Below, one piece after another: positions 40,360-49,414 of a DNA stretch of 64,000 nt. A program made the translations under genes and the position numbers. The stretch lies in contig CAYHGA010000003.1 in the NCBI GenBank assembly GCA_964356225.1, positions 266-64,265 of the forward strand, read 5' to 3'. The first letter of the stretch is position 1. Each line of letters opens with the position of its first letter. The stretch is from an uncultured Gammaproteobacteria bacterium. GTDB taxonomy: Bacteria; Patescibacteriota; Microgenomatia; CAZETR01; Amesbacteraceae. The notes under the pieces are model-generated. The model searched no databases. It saw nothing but the letters and a program-made list of their open reading frames with translations, and was not told where the DNA came from.

Positions 40360-41428
40360 AGCCAACCGGCTGCGTCAGCGCGTCCGCTCATATTTTCAGC
40401 CCCCGGTAAAACTGGGGCCAAAAACCGCTCAACTCATATCTCGTATCGCTTCGGTCGAACACATCGAAGTCGGATCAGAAATCGAAGCCCTGCTCCTGGA
40501 ATCCAACCTCATCAAAAAATTCCGCCCTCATTGTAACATCGCCTCCAAGGACGGAACCTCTCCTTACTATATTCACCTCACGCACGATAAATTTCCTAAA
40601 CCGCTAGTCAATCACAAGTCCCCGCATGCAATAGCCGGGCCCTTTCTTTCCGGGTTGGTTGCCAGAAAAATTTTGCGCTCCCTTCGCCATATCGCCCCCT
40701 TTCATACCGAGAGTCCCTGTTTTTACCGCCATTTTGGACTTTGTCGTCCTTGCCCCGACAATCCTCTGACCACATCCACCGCTTACAAACAAAATATTAC
40801 CCGCTTAAAAAAACTTTTCCGCGGGCAATTCAAGCAGGTTATGCGTCAGGCAGTTAAAACTTTGGATTTCGAAACTGCCGCTGCTCTGCGCAATCTATTG
40901 CAACAACCTACGCCTCCGGAGGAATTCGTTACCAACCCTAACCTGCTATCAGACCGCCGTCAGGAAGCCCTGGAATCTTTGCGCTTGGCTACTGGCTATT
41001 GGCCATTAGCCCGAATAGAAATGTACGACGTGGCCCATCTAGCCGGCAGTGCAGCCACGGGGGCCATGACCGTGGCCATTAACGGTCAACTTACTCCACA
41101 AAATTATCGCCATTTCACCATCCGTTCCGGCAACGATGACGTGGCCCGACTTACAGAAATGCTCACCCGCCGTCTCAAAACCGACTGGCCAAAACCCGAC
41201 CTTATCGTTTTGGATGGGGGATTGCCCCAACTTTCCCTAGCGCACAAGGAGAGACCTTGTGCGGTCATCGCCCTGGCCAAACAAGAAGAGATAATTTATA
41301 CCTCAACTTCTAAAATTAAACTTCCACGTACACATCCCGGCCTCCAATTATTGCAGAGACTGCGCGACGAAGCCCACCGTTTTTCCCGTCGCTTGCATCA
41401 CAAGCACAGAAGTTTAATAATTAAGTAA
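40271..41428 (+). CDS. uvrC: excinuclease ABC subunit C (compact; no C-terminal HhH)
   Basis: PGVY.FKD..LYVGKA..LRQRVRSYF, RIEMYD, PDLIVLDGG, LRDEAHRF. Confidence 0.92.
   Translation: MALLSLSHLPLSPGVYIFKDISGHTLYVGKANRLRQRVRSYFQPPVKLGPKTAQLISRIASVEHIEVGSEIEALLLESNLIKKFRPHCNIASKDGTSPYYIHLTHDKFPKPLVNHKSPHAIAGPFLSGLVARKILRSLRHIAPFHTESPCFYRHFGLCRPCPDNPLTTSTAYKQNITRLKKLFRGQFKQVMRQAVKTLDFETAAALRNLLQQPTPPEEFVTNPNLLSDRRQEALESLRLATGYWPLARIEMYDVAHLAGSAATGAMTVAINGQLTPQNYRHFTIRSGNDDVARLTEMLTRRLKTDWPKPDLIVLDGGLPQLSLAHKERPCAVIALAKQEEIIYTSTSKIKLPRTHPGLQLLQRLRDEAHRFSRRLHHKHRSLIIK
41241..41263. repeat. intragenic REP-like palindrome in uvrC
   Basis: Exact reverse complement of 25475-25497. Confidence 0.85.
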
Positions 41429-41838
41429 TGCTTAGGCTTCTTCTCCGCTCCATCGCAATTAATTTAGCCAGCATATACTTGGCCGCTCAAATTCTCTCCG
41501 GGGTTATTACTTACATCGGCGGTTATCAGACTCTTCTTTTAGCCTCACTGGCCATCGCTTTAGTCAATCTCTTTGTCCGCCCCGTCATTAATTTACTTCT
41601 TTTACCGATTCATTTGGTCACTCTGGGCATTTTTCGCTGGGTCGCCAACTTAGTCACCCTATATTTAGTTACTCTTCTCGTACCTAATTTACAAATTCAC
41701 GCCTTCACTTTTCCCGGTCTGGACCTCAAATATGTTATCATTCCCTCCATGCATTTCACCGCTTTCGGCGCCTTTGTAGTGGCCACCATCACTCTTACCT
41801 TCACTTTCCACCTTATTTACTGGCTTCTTCAAGACTAA
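41428..41838 (+). CDS. 4-TM phage-holin-like (YvlD/DUF360) membrane protein
   Basis: 'LVNLFVRPVI.LL.LPI..VTLG.F..V.N'. Confidence 0.8.
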   Translation: MLRLLLRSIAINLASIYLAAQILSGVITYIGGYQTLLLASLAIALVNLFVRPVINLLLLPIHLVTLGIFRWVANLVTLYLVTLLVPNLQIHAFTFPGLDLKYVIIPSMHFTAFGAFVVATITLTFTFHLIYWLLQD

Positions 41839-42050
41839 TGAAAACCTGGCTGACTGTAGCTCAAATCGTCACCGGCATCGCCCTCATCTGCCTGGTGCTC
41901 TTACAAGCCAAAGGTACCGGTCTGGGCCGGGCCTTCGGTTCCATCTCCTATCATTCTAAAAGGGGAGTAGAAAACCTAATTTTTCGCGGAACCATTATCA
42001 TAGCCATCATATTTGTCCTTCTATCCGTACTCAATGTCCTCACCTTTTAA
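41838..42050 (+). CDS. secG: preprotein translocase SecG
   Basis: 'LICLVLLQ.KG.GLG.AFG', 'RGVE..IFR.T'. Confidence 0.9.
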   Translation: MKTWLTVAQIVTGIALICLVLLQAKGTGLGRAFGSISYHSKRGVENLIFRGTIIIAIIFVLLSVLNVLTF

Positions 42051-43359
42051 ACAGCTCCGCTTTGGCTTACGCTTGCTGGTAGCTTTTCTTAGCAAATACT
42101 ACCTGGCCACTCTTCTGGGTGCAGTTTTGGGTGCAGCCATTTTAATTCTTTCTCCCCGGCTTCTTCCCTATTTACCCAAAGCCCGACCTACCCTGACCAT
42201 CGCCGTCGTTGGCCGCTACACATCCACCGAAATTCCCTACAGCATCCAGCAAAAAATCAGTCTCGGTTTGACTACTATTTCACCCTCCGGCCAGCCAGCT
42301 CCCGGTCTGGCCACTTCCTGGACCATGGACGCCTCCGGCAAAAGCTACACCTTTAACCTCGCCCCCAACTTACACTGGCAGAATGGCACTCCCATCAAAA
42401 GCCGGGATATTAATTACCATTTCAAAGATACCGATTTTATTTATCCTTCGGACTCCCAAATTGTGGTCAATCTCAAGGAACCATTTTCACCTCTGCCTGT
42501 AGTTCTCTCCCGACCGGCTTTCAAAACCGGGTTGCTGGGAGCCGGATCATACAGGGCCTCACGTCTCAAAAAAACCGGCCAAAACATTGATTCCCTCACT
42601 CTTGTTCCCACAGATAGCTCCTCCCGCCTGCCCCGCCTCCACTATTTCTTTTATCCTTCAGAACAACAAGCCCGCCTGGCTTTTAAGCTGGGAACTGTCA
42701 ATTTTTTGGAAGATCTCCAGGATCCGGCTGATTTAGCCGAATGGCCCTCAATCCGGGTTTCCACTTTTGTACAAAAAGACCGTTACATAGGTATTTTTTT
42801 CAACACACAGACAGTTGAAAAAAGCTTACGCCAGGCTTTAGCATACGCTATCGACAAATCCCGTTGGCCCAATCGGGCGTTTGGCCCGCTGGCCCCCACC
42901 TCCTGGGCCTACAATTCCGACGTTAAACCCTACGACCTGGATTTAGGGCGGGCAAAACAGCTCTTGGCCAAAGTAGGCAAAAAGCCCGATAAAATTGTTC
43001 TCACCACTCTTTCCGTATATCTCCCGGACGCAGAAGCCGTCAAAAGCGACTGGCAAGCTTTGGGTATCCCTACCGAAATCCAGGTCGTCCCCGAAATTAC
43101 TACCGACTTCACAGCTCTCATCATTGGCCAAAAAATTCCCATAGATCCGGATCAATATTCTCTTTGGCACTCTACCCAGGAAACCAATATTTCTCATTTC
43201 AATCATCCCCGGGCCGATAAACTTCTTGAAGACGGCCGCAAAACCCTCGATCAGCAAACCCGCAAAAACATCTATCTCGAATTTCAAAAATTCATCAGCG
43301 AAGAACTGCCCGTCATCTTCCTCTACCACCCCACCACCTACTTCATCTCCCGAATATAA
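42034..43359 (+). CDS. ABC transporter substrate-binding protein, family 5
   Basis: 'PGLA.SW....GK.YTF.L..NL.W.NG', 'LRQAL.YAID', 'DPDQY.LWHS'; start 42013 or 42034. Confidence 0.85.
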   Translation: MSSPFKQLRFGLRLLVAFLSKYYLATLLGAVLGAAILILSPRLLPYLPKARPTLTIAVVGRYTSTEIPYSIQQKISLGLTTISPSGQPAPGLATSWTMDASGKSYTFNLAPNLHWQNGTPIKSRDINYHFKDTDFIYPSDSQIVVNLKEPFSPLPVVLSRPAFKTGLLGAGSYRASRLKKTGQNIDSLTLVPTDSSSRLPRLHYFFYPSEQQARLAFKLGTVNFLEDLQDPADLAEWPSIRVSTFVQKDRYIGIFFNTQTVEKSLRQALAYAIDKSRWPNRAFGPLAPTSWAYNSDVKPYDLDLGRAKQLLAKVGKKPDKIVLTTLSVYLPDAEAVKSDWQALGIPTEIQVVPEITTDFTALIIGQKIPIDPDQYSLWHSTQETNISHFNHPRADKLLEDGRKTLDQQTRKNIYLEFQKFISEELPVIFLYHPTTYFISRI

Positions 43360-44643
43360 CTCTGAACGGTATCTGCCAGTAAGGGATTTTGCCTGTTAAG
43401 GCATAATCCATGGTGCTCCTGACCATCTGGCTGGCTAGTGGTATCTGATTATTCGCCAACCAAATCACCGCTTCTTTCGACATCCGGTGATCCAAAACAA
43501 GATCAAAGACGCCGAGCATGACTTCAGAAAACGAGTTATCCCAAATATAGGTTCTCCTAATATAACTCTCGAATTTTCTTCGGGCCGTTGCGCCATTCCC
43601 ATATTCTTCTAATATTTCAACAAACTCAGCTCCGCTTTCCATGGCTGCACCTATACCGTTTTTTCTTGGCCTGGTGTCTCCGGCGTCCCCATACCTGACA
43701 TAGCCCATTCCTCCATGCTCGTTTTCTGTTGATATCTTGTTCGGGGATCGAACTGTGATTTGACTGACACAAGCACAGTTAGATCTCTGCCTGTTCAAGT
43801 CACCCAGAAGATCTATAACTGCTGGCAAAGCCAGAAACTCTCGAAAACCAGATTGATCTGCTCCGTCTCTGCCCATCATCACAATTGTGGCATACTCCCC
43901 CTTGGGAATGACTGCCGCATACCAAACCTTATCGGTTGGATTTCCAAACACATGCATGCTCTCTCCCAGTCTTTCTCGTACTTTTGTATCCTTTAAACGA
44001 TATTCTCTGACGCTGGCCGGTTGTGTTATCGGTTCATCAAACACCTCTTCTCCAGTATCAATTTGCAAATTTCCTCTGTTGTGACCATAAGATCCCACTA
44101 CCAAATCAGCTGAGATTATCTCACCGTTCGCATACACCACTGTTTTGTCTCGTCCTACTTGAATTTTAGTGACTGGAGATCCTACGACTTTGGCTCCCGC
44201 TTTTTTTGCCTCTTCCAACAACCACGCATCAAATCCCCATATTTGTCGGGTTGCTTCTACGGCTGGTCTCACTGGAGCAAATCCTCTGAAAACGGCAAGG
44301 GCACGAGTGGGAATTTCCACTTCCCCACCTCCGGGAAGATGTACAACGTTTCTATTTATTCTTGTTTGAATCACGACTTCCGGTATATGAAGACCAACGC
44401 TAGCTAATAACGATTCTGTGGTATCTTGCAAAATCCCGGCACAACCCACGCAGGGTTTGATTCTTTCTCCGAAAGTCGGCGTTCTCGTAGGACTTGGTTC
44501 AAAATAGTCACACTTTTTGCCAGACGTGCCAAAAGATACCCCGTCAAAGCTCCTGCCGGTCCGCCTCCTACAATCACCACGTCTTGTGACGATAAAGGAA
44601 ATTCCGGATTTTTTTCTTTAGATGGTCTGGCCTCAATCGACAT
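43343..44643 (-). pseudogene. FAD-dependent oxidoreductase (geranylgeranyl-reductase-like), frameshifted near 44501-44504
   Basis: DVVIVGGGPAG in one frame; FEPSP..KPCVGCAG, FDAWLL..A...GA, GDAG, GIG.AM.SG in the other. Confidence 0.75.
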
Positions 44644-45107
44644 AGTCAGAGAATTATAGGATATTGTGGCTGTTTTTGCTACTTCATCATCCGAATGTAG
44701 ATTTTGGCTTAATTTGCGCTTGGTAAACCTACGTGAGATTCAATTACATCCACCCGTTTCTCCAACTTCCACCAATCTCGATCCAAAACTCCCACCACAA
44801 ACTCCAAATCCTTCCTGTCTTCTTATAAAATCCCAGTGACAATTCCTGGTACTTGGGTTTGAATAGCTTCATTAACAATTGGTGATACCTGAACTTGGAT
44901 GGCCTTGCTTACTACTACACCAATTTGATTCAAATCACTCTTTCTGTAGTTTTTCCCGCAACAAAAGTCAATCTCGTTTACTGTATCGAAAAGGCCATGC
45001 TTTTCAAAGCAATTTCCTTTTTTAATCCCACCTGAAAGGTGGGATTATTCGCACAACCACACTTACTGGCTGAGCTGGCCGGTCTAGGACCTAGACCGAT
45101 CCCATAA

Positions 45108-45527
45108 CTAACTTTTACTTTCAATAATCGCTATTAGTTCCTTGCCGAATTTTAGAACATGATTTGCCAAAATTATCAGTTTTAAAACTTTTGGTGGCAA
45201 TCCTTCTATCAATATACCTTCATTGGCAAATTGATATCCAAAATCTATTGTAGGATCAACGTGCGATCCACCGTCTTGTTGAGATGCAATTTTAACAAAT
45301 TCCTCATTCGTCATACGAATTTTTTCAGTGTTAGAGGCAAAAAATAATTCCTTTAAGAGAGGTCTATTTGTAGAAGTTTCAATTACGAGAATCCTTAAAA
45401 TTCCGGATAAAGCTTTCGAATATTTCAGATCACCCGAGTTTATTTTCTGAATACTATCATCCAATAAGCTAAGCTGATCCTTTAACTCATTGATTAACTG
45501 GGCATGTGTTTTTGCGACCTTTTTCAC
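45108..45527 (-). CDS. hypothetical protein (AT-rich, downstream of tRNA-Gln)
   Basis: ORF from GTG 45527; 'ILRIL', 'QDGGSHVD' motif; the upstream part of the track ORF is tRNA sequence. Confidence 0.55.
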   Translation of the reverse strand: MKKVAKTHAQLINELKDQLSLLDDSIQKINSGDLKYSKALSGILRILVIETSTNRPLLKELFFASNTEKIRMTNEEFVKIASQQDGGSHVDPTIDFGYQFANEGILIEGLPPKVLKLIILANHVLKFGKELIAIIESKS

Positions 45528-45544
45528 AATAGTGTCCAATCTTG

Positions 45545-45615
45545 CTGCGGGACTTGGATTCGGACCAAGATAAACAGATTCAAAGTCTGTTGGCCTACCA
45601 TTAGCCGATCCCGCA
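45545..45615 (-). tRNA. trnQ: tRNA-Gln (TTG)
   Basis: TGCGGGA/TCCCGCA acceptor, ACAGA-CTTTGAA-TCTGT arm; atypical T-loop TCCGAAT. Confidence 0.9.
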
Positions 45616-45620
45616 GTATG

Positions 45621-45692
45621 TGGGCTCGGTGGGAATCGAACCCACAACCGTCTCCTTAAGAGGGAGCTGCTCTACCGTTGAGCTACGAACCC
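45621..45692 (-). tRNA. trnK: tRNA-Lys (CTT)
   Basis: GGGTTCG/CGAGCCC acceptor, loop CTCTTAA, GGTTCGATTCC. Confidence 0.95.
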
Positions 45693-45709
45693 TGAGCTTA
45701 TCGAATAGG

Positions 45710-45781
45710 TGCCCTCGGAAGGAATCGAACCTTCATCTTATCCTTAGAAGGGATTTGCTCTGTCCATTGAGCTACGAGGGC
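45710..45781 (-). tRNA. trnR: tRNA-Arg (TCT)
   Basis: GCCCTCG/CGAGGGC acceptor, loop CTTCTAA, GGTTCGATTCC. Confidence 0.95.
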
Positions 45782-45806
45782 GATCCTCTACGCAATTTTA
45801 CTACAC

Positions 45807-47294
45807 TCACCCCACCACTTCCTCTTTTTTAGTTCCCAAAAACTGCACCCAGCTATCAATAAAGCCCAGAATTACCTTAAATGGGGCCTCAAGTATAAAG
45901 TCGAAAGTAAAAGCCAGGAAATTTAATTTGGACAGCCCCTGGTTTAATATACTTCCGGCCGTCAGAATCGGCAGCCACACCATATCCCATAGAGACGACC
46001 GCTGTTTGCCCTCCTGCTTCACTCTGTAAATTCCGGCCGTTTGCCGGATTCTATGGGCCAGAAAAGCAATTACCGACAGGAAAAACACAAATACCACCTG
46101 AGCCGCAAAATTAAACCGGATTTTAGAAAGTCCGTAAAAAATCAGGCCGAATGTAGCTACAAACACCACCGCATACAATCCGGAAAATATGGTGTACCAC
46201 ACGCTTCTTCTCTGCGCCGGCTTCTCAAGCAATCCATCTTCCTCCTTGGCCAAGGCTTCAAAGTTATTCACTACTAGCCAAGCTCTATTTACAATTTCTT
46301 CTTTTTCTCTGCCCTTTGGCAAGCTTATTTGTCTCGTCACCGCCCACATCAAAGCCGGAGGAAATAGCATATTAGCCACCAGCGGCCACTTGGCCACGCT
46401 ACCAAACAACCATACCTCGGCCGGCATCTCTATCGCCACTGCCACCACCATTTTAGTCAAAAACACATAGATTACGCTTCTGACCGCCGCCGTAGAGATC
46501 CTTTCTCCCATTAATCGCAACTGTTTATCCAAAACTTTGCTCGCTGTCTGGCTAAAATTATTCTTGTCTTCAATCATCTGTCTAAACCCGCCTGGATCGG
46601 CAAAATACATGTCCCGGAGTAGAAGTAGTGCCCCCATCTGACTGCTCACAAATTTTTGCAACCTGTTTAACAGGGGGCTATTCTTAGCCAGACTAACCAA
46701 TCTCCAAGTTTCGTTAATATTCCCTCCAGCTAGTTGCAATATATGATATGCCTGCTGCTCGTCATCTGACTGGGAATAAATTCTGTCCACTGCCATAAAT
46801 ACTAATAGGTCCAAGTTTGGATCGGTCACTTTTACTTTCTGTTTAATCACCTGGAAAGTAAAGTAAGTAAATTTTCCGAAATCCCGGTTTAAATTAAACA
46901 TCTCCTCTATTTCTGCCGAAGCTACCCCCATCAGCCATTCTCGAGGTACTCCGGACTCGAATACTTTGATATAACGCTCCAAAGTTTGCGCCAGTTTCGC
47001 TTCACTCACCTGTTCCAATTCCGCAATCGACACATATCTGGCCCATTTCAATTCGATAAGTAGCAGCTTGGCCAATCCACTCGGGTCTTTTTCATACACC
47101 ATCAGCCTTTTTAGAATTCTTTCAATCGCCGCCCGCCGCACCAAATGATCCGCTCTGTATTCCAGGGCATTTCTGGCTTTCTCATACACCCGGGCCAGCA
47201 CGCTCACTACGCTTTGATCATCATCCCTGGCTCCGCCATCAACCCTCACTCCATAACTTAATTGATCCAAAAAAATCTTTACCGCCGGATGCAT
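45807..47294 (-). CDS. hypothetical multi-pass membrane protein
   Basis: Long ORF, 'YEKARNALEYRADHLVRRAAIERIL', C-terminal TMs; TATAAT 8 nt before ATG 47294. Confidence 0.75.
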   Translation of the reverse strand: MHPAVKIFLDQLSYGVRVDGGARDDDQSVVSVLARVYEKARNALEYRADHLVRRAAIERILKRLMVYEKDPSGLAKLLLIELKWARYVSIAELEQVSEAKLAQTLERYIKVFESGVPREWLMGVASAEIEEMFNLNRDFGKFTYFTFQVIKQKVKVTDPNLDLLVFMAVDRIYSQSDDEQQAYHILQLAGGNINETWRLVSLAKNSPLLNRLQKFVSSQMGALLLLRDMYFADPGGFRQMIEDKNNFSQTASKVLDKQLRLMGERISTAAVRSVIYVFLTKMVVAVAIEMPAEVWLFGSVAKWPLVANMLFPPALMWAVTRQISLPKGREKEEIVNRAWLVVNNFEALAKEEDGLLEKPAQRRSVWYTIFSGLYAVVFVATFGLIFYGLSKIRFNFAAQVVFVFFLSVIAFLAHRIRQTAGIYRVKQEGKQRSSLWDMVWLPILTAGSILNQGLSKLNFLAFTFDFILEAPFKVILGFIDSWVQFLGTKKEEVVG

Positions 47295-47324
47295 ACTCAC
47301 GGATTATAGCCGTCAAACTTCAAA

Positions 47325-47354
47325 TTGACAAAAGCAGTCTCACTGTAGTACAAT
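47325..47354 (+). promoter_or_regulatory. sigma70-type promoter for the T-box leader
   Basis: TTGACA-18 bp-TACAAT. Confidence 0.7.
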
Positions 47355-47368
47355 GTATTTATAATTTG

Positions 47369-47568
47369 AAAAGCGTTTGAGAAAGAGTCGCGTCTTTCAA
47401 GCTGATTGCACAAATGCAATATGGGTAGGCCCATGATAGCCGTAAATGAGGAGAACTCAAAGATCATCGTCAAGGTTGAAACGGGGTCTTTTTTAGTGCT
47501 CTCGAGTTCTCAAAATAGGGTGGTACAGTGATTTGCCTCAAATCGCCCCTGACTAACGGGGCGATTTT
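47369..47568 (+). promoter_or_regulatory. T-box riboswitch with ultrashort stem I
   Basis: Antiterminator AGGG-UGGUACA-GUGAUUUG/CAAAUCGC-CCCU; competing hairpin AAAUCGCCCC/GGGGCGAUUU abutting ATG; stem III GAGAACUC/GAGUUCUC; short stem I GAAAGA/UCUUUC. Confidence 0.85.
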
Positions 47569-48921
47569 ATGCAAAATGAACTCATTCCACTACAATCTAT
47601 GGGGGTATCAGAAGCTCAAATTGGTCTATTGGCTAGTCATCTAGCCAAAGCGGCAGAATTCATGTGGCCAACCGATCTCGGCATCCCAGAAGCCCTGAAA
47701 TGGATGCATGAATCTTTTGTCAAACACCTTTCTCCCCACGATGCCGATCTTTTGTCGAATGTCATAATCAAAAATTTACCAAGCACAGAAGTGGCATATA
47801 ACGAAGTGGGATATGACTCCTGCCAATCCCACAGAAAACTCTCAAAAGTTGCCGGGGAAGCTATTTTGGTCGGCGGAATGATTTACGAGAGTCAACTTCT
47901 AGGTTTACCCATAAACTTAGAAGAAGCAAAAGCCCTAATCAATTCGCAACTGGATCTGAATCAGGATGATGCAGAAAATTTAACACTAATCGCCAAAAAA
48001 CATGGTGGGGCTCAAGATTTTCTATTTCCCGGAGTCACCCCCTCTAATACAGATACCCCTAGTTTGGCCAGTTATGCAGTGGCCACATTAAGCGGTCAAC
48101 CCCTGACAAGCGTAAGAACTATAACTGGAGTAGGAGGTCTGCGATACGATCAAGATTGGAATTTCGTCACCGACTTTAAAGCCTTTGTAAAATTAAAAGT
48201 CACCGAAGATAAACGGTACTATCCCGGAATAGGTATTTTTTACTTATTTTTGAATAATGACTTATCAGCGTTCCCAACGTTGACCTCAATTGCGTCAGTC
48301 GCACAGTTTAAACAAAAGTTGTCAAAAGTAGAAAACATGCAATTCCAGGGGGTATCTGTATTGTGCAATACGTTTCTACCCAGCTGGTATGAAATGAAAA
48401 AATATCAAGATTTTACTTCCCCAAAGTCTTTGCCCTTAGCAGAAGCATTTCACTCTCCGGCTTACGAATTCGCCATATTGCTTGAAACCATTAAAAAAAT
48501 TGCTACCGGTCAAGTGGAAAAAGCCCTGTTAGAACAATTAGAAATTCTTACAGAAAAATTAGACTATCTGTGGAGCTTCAATTCCACAATTCATCTACCT
48601 TGGACAGCAAACATGGCAGGCCTATCCAATGATTTAATCGGAAAGATAACCAATTTGGTAGGGGATTATGGAATTAGATATGGAATGGGGTATGCTGGAA
48701 AATCTCTGGAAATACGGCAGTTAACGTTTGGTGACAATAGAAAATTCCCTATAGGGTTAGCCGGACAAACCGTTCATATTGTCCGGATATACGAAGAAAA
48801 TGATTGTTTCCAGGGGAACTACCAAGAAAGCTCGCTTAAACCAGGAGACGACTTATGGAAACAAATCCAAAAACTGGGTTTTATGAAAGCGGGGTTAATT
48901 TTATTGGGAAAACATGAATAA
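47569..48921 (+). CDS. hypothetical protein downstream of the T-box
   Basis: 450-aa ORF directly after the T-box; no family recognised. Confidence 0.8.
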   Translation: MQNELIPLQSMGVSEAQIGLLASHLAKAAEFMWPTDLGIPEALKWMHESFVKHLSPHDADLLSNVIIKNLPSTEVAYNEVGYDSCQSHRKLSKVAGEAILVGGMIYESQLLGLPINLEEAKALINSQLDLNQDDAENLTLIAKKHGGAQDFLFPGVTPSNTDTPSLASYAVATLSGQPLTSVRTITGVGGLRYDQDWNFVTDFKAFVKLKVTEDKRYYPGIGIFYLFLNNDLSAFPTLTSIASVAQFKQKLSKVENMQFQGVSVLCNTFLPSWYEMKKYQDFTSPKSLPLAEAFHSPAYEFAILLETIKKIATGQVEKALLEQLEILTEKLDYLWSFNSTIHLPWTANMAGLSNDLIGKITNLVGDYGIRYGMGYAGKSLEIRQLTFGDNRKFPIGLAGQTVHIVRIYEENDCFQGNYQESSLKPGDDLWKQIQKLGFMKAGLILLGKHE

Positions 48922-49414
48922 AACGCCAAATAAGTTATTTCTATTTGACTGCGATCAAACCTTGTGGTTGACCAACAAGTCCGAATATGTAAGTAGGGTC
49001 GCTTCCGATTTTTATCTCAAACAAGGTATTTTGATCCGAAAAGCCGATGGTGTGGCATTTAATCCCAAAAAGGGGATCGAAAAAATATTTAAATCTATAA
49101 ATGCCAATGGCGGAAGCGTGGGCGTTGTTAGTGACAATCTGCCAGAAGTGGTTGTATCAATATTAAAACTGTTGGGTTGGTGGAAATACATCGACAATGA
49201 AGCATTTAACGTCAGACTTTGGGTTGGTCCATGCCCAAAGGAGATCTTGGTGCAGGAAATTATATCTAAATCCAAGTTCAGAAATTTAAACAAGAAAGAC
49301 GTTTATTGGTTCGATGACAGAGATTATTCAAAAGTCGCCAAAAAAATTGGTGTAAATTTCATCAGATCTACGTTCCTCACCTTAGCCTATTTTAAGCTCC
49401 AGGAATTGTCTTAA
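48914..49414 (+). CDS. HAD-superfamily phosphatase (MDP-1-like)
   Basis: FDCDQTLW motif I, VVS motif II, PK, WFDDR motif IV. Confidence 0.8.
   Translation: MNKTPNKLFLFDCDQTLWLTNKSEYVSRVASDFYLKQGILIRKADGVAFNPKKGIEKIFKSINANGGSVGVVSDNLPEVVVSILKLLGWWKYIDNEAFNVRLWVGPCPKEILVQEIISKSKFRNLNKKDVYWFDDRDYSKVAKKIGVNFIRSTFLTLAYFKLQELS

Noticed and set aside
41428-41838. Holin as evidence of a prophage
   Set aside because: YvlD-like membrane proteins are commonly chromosomal; this one sits between uvrC and secG with no phage genes nearby
45528-45647. N-terminal 40 aa of ORF 45108-45647, and ORF 45620-45832
   Set aside because: These are translations of tRNA genes
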